Shown one piece after another: positions 9,432 through 17,433 of a DNA stretch of 64,000 nucleotides. Made by a program: the position numbers and the translations under genes. The stretch spans positions 1,004 through 65,003 of the forward strand of contig CAYNLU010000002.1 in NCBI GenBank assembly GCA_964398205.1, given 5' to 3'. Numbering within the stretch: the first letter of the stretch is position 1; every line of letters begins with the position of its first letter. A model generated the notes under the pieces. It was not told the DNA's origin. It saw nothing but the letters and a program-made list of their open reading frames with translations, and did no database searches. The DNA comes from an uncultured Candidatus Saccharibacteria bacterium (GTDB lineage: Bacteria; Patescibacteriota; Minisyncoccia; Phycocordibacterales; UBA9973).

Positions 9432-10931
9432 ATGCCTCTTATATCAAAAACAATATTTATTGACTCACGTAACTGTGCTAAAAATACTTGGCTCAAACTA
9501 CACAAACCTGAGCTTCTGGAGAATTTCGAACTTTCCGAATTTGAAAAGCAACTTATCGAGCAAGGTAATGAAGTAGAGTTATGTGCCCGTGGTCTTTTTC
9601 CTAATGGCGTTGAAGTTATAAGTAAAGGTGAAAATGCATGTCTTGAAACAAGAAAATTGATGGAGGCAAAAACTCCAGCTATTTTTCAAGCTACATTTAT
9701 TGCTGATGGCTTTATTGCTCGAAATGACGTTTTGGTTTATGAACCAAAAAATGATTGCTGGGATCTATATGAAATTAAAGGAACAAATTCTCTCAAAGAG
9801 GGTTCTGACGAGAGAAGTCATGTTGAAGATCTTACATTTCAAGCAATAGTCTTAAAACGCTCAGGTGTTAACCTAGGACGTTCATTTTTAATTCACTTGA
9901 ATAAAGAATACGTACGAACTAGCGGTCTTGATATTGACCAGTTATTTACAATTGAAGATCTTACTGAAACCGTAGCTCAAAGATTTGATGAAATGAGTAT
10001 TTTAATGGAAGGGTCACGTGAGTTTCTCAACCAAGAAACAGAACCTGCGAGTGGTTGTGATTGTCATTATCTAGGACGAAGTAGACATTGTGCCACATTT
10101 CAGTACTCCCATCCCGAAGTGCCAGAATATTCAGTTCATGATCTTTCACGTATTGGAAGTAGTAAAAAGAAGATGGAGTTTTTTGTCGATAATAGTATCT
10201 ACAGTCTTGATGATATCCCTACTGATTATGAGTTGTCTCCCATTCAAACCAACCAATTACAAGCTCATCGAACTAAGACTCCAACTATCGATTTGAGTGA
10301 AGTCAGAAATCAGCTTAGTGTCTTGGAATTTCCTCTATATTTCTTAGATTACGAGACATATGCTCCAGCGATTCCACAGTTTGTGAATTATAGCCCTTAT
10401 AAGCGGATACCATTCCAATTTTCACTCCATATTTTACGTGAACCAAATGGCGGAGTTGAGCATGTTGATTTTCTTCATCCTGAACGTACCGATCCATCAG
10501 AATTGGTCGCGCAACTTTTGACTAAGCATATCCATCCCAAAGGTACAGTTATTTCGTGGAACAAGTCGTTTGAGAAAGGAGTTAATTCTGACATTGCAGA
10601 GCGTCTTCCTGAACATCGAGAAGCAATGGAACGTATAAATAATCAAATGTATGATTTGAAGGATATTTTTTCAAAGCAGTATTACGTTCATCCAGATTTT
10701 CAAGGAAGTGCCTCGATCAAAAAAGTATTGCCAGCCTTAATTCCTGACTTAAACTATAGTGACTTAGTTATCCATGAAGGCGGTCAAGCCTCTGAACAGT
10801 GGTGGTTCATGGTTGCACCAGACACAAGCAAGGAAGAACTTGAGGATATTTCTAAAAATCTTAAAATTTATTGTGGTCTTGATACTTATGCTATGTACGC
10901 AATTTGGAAGCACCTTTATGAAAAAATCTAG
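9432..10931 (+). CDS. DUF2779-type protein (PD-(D/E)xK nuclease-like N-terminus + DEDD/RNase H-like C-terminus)
   Basis: RNDVL..LYEIKGT; FLDYET, IPFQFSLH, SIKKVLPAL, YCGLDT; start moved to ATG 9432, after the upstream stop. Confidence 0.85.
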   Translation: MPLISKTIFIDSRNCAKNTWLKLHKPELLENFELSEFEKQLIEQGNEVELCARGLFPNGVEVISKGENACLETRKLMEAKTPAIFQATFIADGFIARNDVLVYEPKNDCWDLYEIKGTNSLKEGSDERSHVEDLTFQAIVLKRSGVNLGRSFLIHLNKEYVRTSGLDIDQLFTIEDLTETVAQRFDEMSILMEGSREFLNQETEPASGCDCHYLGRSRHCATFQYSHPEVPEYSVHDLSRIGSSKKKMEFFVDNSIYSLDDIPTDYELSPIQTNQLQAHRTKTPTIDLSEVRNQLSVLEFPLYFLDYETYAPAIPQFVNYSPYKRIPFQFSLHILREPNGGVEHVDFLHPERTDPSELVAQLLTKHIHPKGTVISWNKSFEKGVNSDIAERLPEHREAMERINNQMYDLKDIFSKQYYVHPDFQGSASIKKVLPALIPDLNYSDLVIHEGGQASEQWWFMVAPDTSKEELEDISKNLKIYCGLDTYAMYAIWKHLYEKI

Positions 10932-11029
10932 CTGTTGGTAACCGCACTACACAATAATCTCAATGTAAGCTACAGTACAAAAATACCCTTGAAAATGGTA
11001 TAATTCGTTTACAATTTAATAATAGACCT

Positions 11030-11213
11030 AACCCCTCAATTTATTGAGGATATGGTCGCCAAATCCGTCCAAAGTAAAGAACTCCTAGTCAGAGTCTACT
11101 TTGGACGGTCATATCTGGAAACGGGTATGGGTATACCTCACGGGGTATATCGGATCTGGCTGGGAGCTTTTTGCTACCTATACGATCCTTCATAACAAAA
11201 CCGTCCAAAGTTT
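11030..11213 (+). ncRNA. putative structured 5' leader RNA (unknown class)
   Basis: CCGTCCAAAGTA (11065-11076) is complementary to TACTTTGGACGG (11097-11108); further hairpins; second CCGTCCAAAGT copy at 11201-11211. Confidence 0.5.
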
Positions 11214-11675
11214 ATGAATAAAAAATCACATAGTGAAGAAGTATGGGGCAAAGTCCTCAGTGCACACGAAGAAGTTAAGTACGAGTTCTCAGTCGGAAAG
11301 CAGTATATCAATACATACATTATCATCTGGGCGATCATCAGTTTGCCGTTCGTCTTTGCTGTCGTAGGAATTTTCATATTCCTCATCGCATTCTTGTATT
11401 TGAAGTTCTACTTGCCTAAGGCAAACATCTACGGATTTACCGACAAGCGAGTACTGATCCATCGTGGATTTTTCTCAACTAACTTAATCAGCGTTGACTA
11501 TAAGCAGATCACTGATGTTACTGTCCGTGAATCATTTTTAGATAAGACATTCACAAAAAGCGGACAGTTGTTCATCAACACCGCAGGAACAAGTAAAGAA
11601 GAAATCGTCTTGAGCCACATCGCTCATCCGTACGAGGTTAAAAAGAAGCTCGACGAGTTGAGGGATAATCACTAA
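11214..11675 (+). CDS. PH-domain (bPH_2-like) membrane protein
   Basis: Two TM segments, then YGFTDKRVLIHRGFFS...I.DVTV.ESFLD...G.LFINTAG. Confidence 0.85.
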   Translation: MNKKSHSEEVWGKVLSAHEEVKYEFSVGKQYINTYIIIWAIISLPFVFAVVGIFIFLIAFLYLKFYLPKANIYGFTDKRVLIHRGFFSTNLISVDYKQITDVTVRESFLDKTFTKSGQLFINTAGTSKEEIVLSHIAHPYEVKKKLDELRDNH

Positions 11676-11687
11676 TTGATTCTGAAA

Positions 11688-13169
11688 TTACAATAGTTTT
11701 TTAAACTCAGCAGAATATAATTCTGTTATTTCAGCTACGCTGTCGTCGGCATCAAGATTAAATGTAAAGTTAGCCTCGATAATATCGAGAACATAGAGCA
11801 ATGATTTCTCGGTGTATAGATGCTCTGTTACGGTATCTATTAGTTTACTGAGACTATGATTTAGTAGATCAACTTCTTCTTTGTATCGTTCAAAAAACTC
11901 ACTATAGTTCTCGGTCATATCAATATCAAATATAGTCGATGGTTTTTGAGCCAGATTTTTAAATTCGCAGAGTGTCTTATAGTTCTTAACTGGACTTGCG
12001 TGCTTCTTTGTAAAGAGAAACATATTTGCAAGAGGTAGCAGTACTTCAATCTGTTCTTTATACTCCTGCACAAAATTAACCTCTTCTTTGCAGGTATATA
12101 AATTAGTCCCAGTTATTATCTCTACCACTCTTGGCATTCCCAAGAAATCTTTTTCAAGATTTTGTTTTACCAACTTGCCAGTATCAAATAGCTTTTGAAA
12201 ATACTTTTTGGACTTTTGCAGTTCTGTATACCAAGCCATGAACAAATCCTTGTGACTCTTTTTAGTATTACCATTCCATGTGTCAAAACGCTCACTCATA
12301 CTGAGTGGTGAATATTCATTTACGAATAAGCCATCATCTAGCCACCGAGATAGAGTTTCTTTGACCAATAGCTCAATACTCATGTTTTTACTTTTTGCAT
12401 ATTCTTCCACTATCGACAATATGTTTTCTTCGGTAGCATCGTGTGAAATATGTGTATCGTAAGCTAATTTAAAAAATACATCTTTTATTGGTAGCTCCGC
12501 AAAAAAGTGATGGAGTAAAAACCCGCCTTTTTCCGCCATGGTATTTCTTATTTTCTTCGCTCCGTCATAGTACATACAGGAATAGATACGACTGACAATC
12601 AAGTCTTTCTCCTCCTTACTGAGTTTGTTGCTATCCTTGAATCGTTCATAGAGAAAGACCTGGTCTTCCAAGTATTTGGAATCACTAGCAACCGTATCGT
12701 CAAGGAGAAGTAGGTCTTCTTGTGTTTCTTTTGGTAGGTTATTAAATGTGAATATGTGTAACAGTTTTTGATACTCAAAATAAGTAGATTCTGTAAGCAG
12801 TTTGATACTTTCTTCCTCTGGAATATCTTTTGTGAATTGTTGCATTGCTACCCCCTGAAAGCTTCTTGTACCAGAAAGAAAACTATCAAGCACTCTCTGG
12901 TTTCGTAACAGTGATAGCTCTGACCGATACAAAAACATCTGAGCATCCATTTTCATAGAATTCTCTAGTTGAACAATCTTTATGTATCGGTTGTATTCCT
13001 TTACTTCGAGGGTACGAGGACTCCATGCTTGAGTCAAAACATAGATATCAGAATCAGATAGTGCACCTTTGCCGTTCTTTTCTCTGTAAATATCGTTATG
13101 GACAAGTGCAGTCACTCGCTCAAGCGGTGTGATATTTGATCTTCTAAGTAAATCACTTAAGTTTTTCAT
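11688..13169 (-). CDS. hypothetical protein (493 aa)
   Basis: Long ORF, last gene of a tightly packed minus-strand operon; no motif recognised. Confidence 0.75.
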   Translation of the reverse strand: MKNLSDLLRRSNITPLERVTALVHNDIYREKNGKGALSDSDIYVLTQAWSPRTLEVKEYNRYIKIVQLENSMKMDAQMFLYRSELSLLRNQRVLDSFLSGTRSFQGVAMQQFTKDIPEEESIKLLTESTYFEYQKLLHIFTFNNLPKETQEDLLLLDDTVASDSKYLEDQVFLYERFKDSNKLSKEEKDLIVSRIYSCMYYDGAKKIRNTMAEKGGFLLHHFFAELPIKDVFFKLAYDTHISHDATEENILSIVEEYAKSKNMSIELLVKETLSRWLDDGLFVNEYSPLSMSERFDTWNGNTKKSHKDLFMAWYTELQKSKKYFQKLFDTGKLVKQNLEKDFLGMPRVVEIITGTNLYTCKEEVNFVQEYKEQIEVLLPLANMFLFTKKHASPVKNYKTLCEFKNLAQKPSTIFDIDMTENYSEFFERYKEEVDLLNHSLSKLIDTVTEHLYTEKSLLYVLDIIEANFTFNLDADDSVAEITELYSAEFKKLL

Positions 13170-13170
13170 A

Positions 13171-13368
13171 TCATCTGTTTTTTCTTAATGCGTTTTCCAA
13201 GAACTCGACCCGTTCTTTAAGTTCTGTGTTGGCTATATTCTTTGAAAGCGTAGAAGTAAGCTTGGCAATCATAGATGCCTGCTTGAGTGACATTTCCTTA
13301 TTCATCACTTTGCGGATAGTATCCGAAAGAATATTATTTATTTCTTCTAGGTTAATTGGTTTAGTCAT
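13171..13368 (-). CDS. small helical/coiled-coil hypothetical protein
   Basis: 65 aa, 1-nt gaps to both neighbours, ELKERVEFLE heptads. Confidence 0.7.
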   Translation of the reverse strand: MTKPINLEEINNILSDTIRKVMNKEMSLKQASMIAKLTSTLSKNIANTELKERVEFLENALRKNR

Positions 13369-13369
13369 A

Positions 13370-13744
13370 CTAGTTATTTTCTACGATTTCAAACCAAGCC
13401 CTTACTTCATGAGCCTTGCCACTTTTAATAATGTTTTTGTAGAGTGCAAAAATGACATTCGGAGTTAGTTTTCTTGCCCATGAGTTGATGTCTTTGACTA
13501 GTCCATCTTTCTCAAGTCTCTTATTCCAATCAGTGAGCGTGCCAGTATCAATCTTGTATATTTTTGAGAATTCAAGCTGTGTCTTTATCGCAAGCAATTC
13601 AAATACTGACTCTTCTTCAACACCGAACTTTTCGAGTGCTACTCTTGGTTGCCCTTTAAGAAACGAAGGAAGGGACTTCCAAAGAGCATAGGTTTCGTAG
13701 ACCTGCTTTTTATATGGATCTTTAGAAAAATCTTCTTCCTGCAT
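13370..13744 (-). CDS. HTH protein, terminase small subunit-like
   Basis: QLEFSKIYKIDTGTLTDW HTH-like segment followed by helical region; located directly after phage-type methylases. Confidence 0.45.
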   Translation of the reverse strand: MQEEDFSKDPYKKQVYETYALWKSLPSFLKGQPRVALEKFGVEEESVFELLAIKTQLEFSKIYKIDTGTLTDWNKRLEKDGLVKDINSWARKLTPNVIFALYKNIIKSGKAHEVRAWFEIVENN

Positions 13745-13751
13745 ATATCAC

Positions 13752-14501
13752 TTAAAGCTTTACTGCTGTCTCGCCAGTAAGCTTTTCAAGCCTTGTGAGA
13801 GATGTTTGCACATACGCCTCATCAAGCTCTATGCCGATACACTTTCGACCCAAGTGTGCACAAGCGACAGCAGTTGAACCACTTCCCAGAAAGGGGTCAT
13901 ATACAACATCACCAACTCTCGTTGAGTTAGGAATTATTTTTCTCAATAACCCAATTGGTTTTTGCGTAGGATGAAGGTTAGATTTATGTGGTCTAGGATG
14001 ATAGATAACATTTCTTGCTTTAGACTGTTCCATTTTGTGTTTACCAAACCATCCATAGGCAATGAGTTCGTACATAGACAAATAGTCTTTTCTGCTCATG
14101 ACTGGTTGATTTTTCAGCCAAATAATCATCTGACTGTAATAGAAACCAGCGGACTTCATACCCAAGCGTAAACTTGGAAACATTAGATCGGCATTAAAGA
14201 TATAGACCGTGTTGTACTCTTCTAGGTGCGGGATAGTCGCACCTAAATACTTACTAGTAAATTGCTCGTATTCTTCTTCTGATTGTAGGTGGTCATTGGC
14301 AATAACTTTTTCATTCTTAACGCCGAGTTTTGAGAATCCTATTTTATTTTCTACATAAGCAACGCCATACGGAGGATCAGTCACAACCGCTCGTATTTTA
14401 TTGTTTCCTATAACTTTTGCGACAAAGGCATTGTCTAGAGAATCGCCACAACCGATAATGTGATCACCAATCTTAAAAATATCTCCTTTATTTATTTTCA
14501 T
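13752..14501 (-). CDS. N4/N6 DNA methyltransferase (beta class)
   Basis: TDPPY, HPTQKP, DPFLGSGST. Confidence 0.92.
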   Translation of the reverse strand: MKINKGDIFKIGDHIIGCGDSLDNAFVAKVIGNNKIRAVVTDPPYGVAYVENKIGFSKLGVKNEKVIANDHLQSEEEYEQFTSKYLGATIPHLEEYNTVYIFNADLMFPSLRLGMKSAGFYYSQMIIWLKNQPVMSRKDYLSMYELIAYGWFGKHKMEQSKARNVIYHPRPHKSNLHPTQKPIGLLRKIIPNSTRVGDVVYDPFLGSGSTAVACAHLGRKCIGIELDEAYVQTSLTRLEKLTGETAVKL

Positions 14502-15756
14502 AGATTTTCTTCGCCTTAAGGTTGGTAAACTTTTCCCAACGATCTATAACAATAGTCGCAAAGAGTAGATCTTTTTCGACCCCACGCCACACACGATTTA
14601 ATTCCTCACATGCAATAAGGTCACTACCACTACCAGCGAAGCCAGAAAAGATGATGTGCCCAGGTGCAGAGCATCGCTTGAAGGGCTTTTCATTTAAAGA
14701 AATCGGTTTTTGTGTTGGGTGGAGATAGTTTTGAGTGTTATCTCTTTTAACAAGCCAAAGGTCTATCATGTCTTGCAATTCATCCAAGACCTGATTACCA
14801 GTTGTTACTTCTTGATTAAGAATTTCATTTGCATTCCTGAAGTTTGGATTTAGATATGGCTTACCAAGTGTGCCGTATGTACATGGTTCATAGAGCCTGT
14901 TCCAAGCAATTTTAGGAGTGCAGTTCTGATTCGATTTTATCCAAAGACAAACTCTTCTTTTCTTGATCTGATATTTATCGTATAGAGACTGCGTTAATCC
15001 AATGCTGTTTGGGTCTGACCAGTAAAAGAAGTGTGAGTCTGGCTTAGCAAACTTTTTAGCTGTCTCAATACTTTTACTAATGAATTCAGAGTACTCATCC
15101 TCGCTCTTATTATCTTTGTATTCTCCACCATACTTTCCTCCGTATTCCCAAGAAATATTATAGGGCGGATCACAGAAGACAATATCCGCTAGATCATCTT
15201 TCATGAGTTCTTTGACTTGATCTTCGTTGGTAGAGTCGCCAACTAAAAGGCGGTGCTTCCCGAGTTCCCAAACTTCTCCTAAATTCACTTTTGGTGCCAC
15301 TGTTTCTTTAATGGCTTTCTCAACATCAAAATCATCTTCAACAAGATCCACGTCATCAAATAGATTCTGTAATTCTTCATCTCCAAAACCAACATCAAGA
15401 AGCATGTCCATATCGAACTCTTTTAGTAGTTCTTCATCCCACGACCCAGTATTCTTATTAAGTCTCAAGTTGAGTTCTTTTTCTTCTTCGAGGGTTAGTT
15501 CTCGTGAAGGAATCATGCACTCAATTTCTTCAATACCAAGATCCGCATACACTTTTATGCGTTGTTCACCTCCAATAATAATATTGGCTCTTGAGCCGAT
15601 ATTAAGAACAATAGGCACGACCGTTCCAAATTCCTTAACAGATTTTTGCAAGTCTCTCTTTTCACTCTCACTCAACTTTCTCGGGTTGTATCCGTTATTA
15701 ATTAGGTCTACCAACTTGCGAGTAGTGCTAGACCATGTACGCTTTTGCTTAGCCAT
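14488..15756 (-). CDS. ParB/Srx-domain + N4/N6 DNA methyltransferase fusion
   Basis: YNPR..IIGGEQR ParB-like N-terminus; CDPPY, HPTQKP, FAGSGS. Confidence 0.9.
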   Translation of the reverse strand: MAKQKRTWSSTTRKLVDLINNGYNPRKLSESEKRDLQKSVKEFGTVVPIVLNIGSRANIIIGGEQRIKVYADLGIEEIECMIPSRELTLEEEKELNLRLNKNTGSWDEELLKEFDMDMLLDVGFGDEELQNLFDDVDLVEDDFDVEKAIKETVAPKVNLGEVWELGKHRLLVGDSTNEDQVKELMKDDLADIVFCDPPYNISWEYGGKYGGEYKDNKSEDEYSEFISKSIETAKKFAKPDSHFFYWSDPNSIGLTQSLYDKYQIKKRRVCLWIKSNQNCTPKIAWNRLYEPCTYGTLGKPYLNPNFRNANEILNQEVTTGNQVLDELQDMIDLWLVKRDNTQNYLHPTQKPISLNEKPFKRCSAPGHIIFSGFAGSGSDLIACEELNRVWRGVEKDLLFATIVIDRWEKFTNLKAKKIYENK

Positions 15757-15874
15757 AGGGTTTTTATTCAGAAGAGGTTCTTAGCTGCTCTTCTACCCTT
15801 ATTCGTCATTGAATGACAAAATGACAATTTCTTTTTACTTCCTCAAAATGAGTAGCGAGAAAATCTTTAATACA

Positions 15875-15908
15875 AAAGACCTTTTGCTTGAACGAGCAAA
15901 AGGTCTTT
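15875..15908 (-). terminator. intrinsic terminator-like hairpin
   Basis: 14-bp perfect stem AAAGACCTTTTGCT/AGCAAAAGGTCTTT, 6-nt loop, downstream of 15933..16634. Confidence 0.7.
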
Positions 15909-15932
15909 ATTTCGTCATTTTATATGAAATGA

Positions 15933-16634
15933 CTATTTGTCAGCTCTGAGAGAAAACAGGGCTTTATACCCATACCTTTTAGTGTAATGAGAAATTGGGC
16001 TAGACTTCATACCAAAAAACTTCTTTAAACCTTCATTGAGTTCGTATTTAACATTTCTGCCAAATCTTTTGTCCCATTCTGATTTTGTTAGCGAGCCATC
16101 ATATTCTGCCATTATTCGAAGTAGTGCCCATTTATAATCTGGGTTGTTTGTCTTAGTATTCATAAAACCCATATCTTTGTAATCAAACTTTTGTGGCTTC
16201 ATTCCTGGGTAAGAAACCTTAACAAGGTGTCCATCCAAAAACTTTATATCCAATGCTTCCCATGTAGCATTTTGGGGAAGTAGGTATGATGCAACAACAA
16301 CGCTGCTTTCTTTTTTAGCTGATCCAACATCTAAATCTTCAGGGTTAACAATTCTAACCTCCTGAACCATTCTTGCAGGAATAATATAATCATCTTTATC
16401 TATTGTTGGGAATGAGAATCCAGCCAAAACATCCAACGAGGGTCTTACAGATTCAAATGCGGAATTAGCCATCCCAATGCTTTTTTTCAATGATTCTCTC
16501 ATTGGTTCAAAAGCTTTGAGAGTCTTCTCATGTGCCTCAAAAACAGCCTTCAACGGCGAAACAAGCCTTTCTGCTGTAGCAGGGTCATATCCATCCTTTA
16601 TTGCTTGTTGATATACTAATTCGCCTACGGTCAT
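15933..16634 (-). CDS. hypothetical protein, possible C-terminal DNA-binding domain
   Basis: Start reassigned to ATG 16634, 7 nt after TGATATAAT; basic C-terminus. Confidence 0.6.
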   Translation of the reverse strand: MTVGELVYQQAIKDGYDPATAERLVSPLKAVFEAHEKTLKAFEPMRESLKKSIGMANSAFESVRPSLDVLAGFSFPTIDKDDYIIPARMVQEVRIVNPEDLDVGSAKKESSVVVASYLLPQNATWEALDIKFLDGHLVKVSYPGMKPQKFDYKDMGFMNTKTNNPDYKWALLRIMAEYDGSLTKSEWDKRFGRNVKYELNEGLKKFFGMKSSPISHYTKRYGYKALFSLRADK

Positions 16635-16834
16635 AGTTTGTATTATATCAAAAATTGGCATTTGTTGGCATTTGAGCTTGCGACCCACAAAGCTAAACTT
16701 CTTCAGTCAGAACGTGCTAGAATAGCCTTACAAGGGTTGAACCCACGGGTACCATACCCGAGTACACCGCCACAACAATCTAGTGTCGGAAGACCCGAGT
16801 ACCTAAATTCTCAAAGTTAAGCTAAAATATATAC

Positions 16835-17335
16835 ATGCAACAGTTTTTAGGTAATGAGTTTAATAAAGAAACCGAGGATGCGATATATTTCTATACGCCT
16901 GTATTTTATGCACTTGATAATTTCTCAGCCCACACAATAGAAATATGGGGCAAAAAATTTCAAACATCTGAACATGCGTACCAATGGAAGAAATTTATAG
17001 ATTCAAATCCTGAGATAGCTGAACAAATATTCAACGCAACAAGCCCTAACGAAGTTAAGAAAATCTCTGATATTCATAAAAGCGAAGCTTCTCGTAATTT
17101 TCCTGATTTAAAACTCAAAATAATGGAAGAAATTCTTCGAGCAAAAACTGAGCAACATGAGAAAGTTAGAATAATTTTAAAAGAAAGTGGAAACAAAACT
17201 ATTGTTGAGAATTCTCCTATAGATAGTTTTTGGGGAGTTGGTCCTGATGGAAAAGGAGAAAATGCCTTGGGCAAGCTTTGGATGAAAATAAGAGATTCTA
17301 AAAATTTTACTAATGACCCCGGTCCCTCGGCTTAA
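16835..17335 (+). CDS. NADAR (YbiA-like) family protein
   Basis: LDNFS..FQTSEHAYQWKKF..ENSPIDSFWGVG..GENALGKLWMKIR. Confidence 0.92.
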   Translation: MQQFLGNEFNKETEDAIYFYTPVFYALDNFSAHTIEIWGKKFQTSEHAYQWKKFIDSNPEIAEQIFNATSPNEVKKISDIHKSEASRNFPDLKLKIMEEILRAKTEQHEKVRIILKESGNKTIVENSPIDSFWGVGPDGKGENALGKLWMKIRDSKNFTNDPGPSA

Positions 17336-17433
17336 TTTATCGAAACCTAATCTTGATAGTAAAAATTACTCCTCCCCCTATCTTCTTCAAAACCCTTCGT
17401 TTTTTAATATCTAAACTATGCTAAAATGTATCT

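Larger units (their letters stand above)
2677..17335. mobile_element. putative integrative island; boundaries approximate
   Basis: Serine recombinase, defence-type nucleases, phage-type methylases and NADAR; visibly higher GC than the backbone after ~17.4 kb; att sites not identified. Confidence 0.65.

Noticed and set aside
11174-11386. Antisense 70-aa ORF as a type I toxin
   Set aside because: Its sequence is explained by the opposite-strand PH-domain gene
13752-15756. Type II restriction-modification system
   Set aside because: No recognisable cognate endonuclease; the ParB fusion indicates phage/mobile-element methylases
16638-16820. 60-aa ORF in the divergent intergenic region
   Set aside because: Overlaps promoter elements of both neighbours and has no motif support
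17310-17400. att site at the island's right boundary
   Set aside because: Composition shifts here, but no matching repeat was found elsewhere in the window and no tRNA target is adjacent
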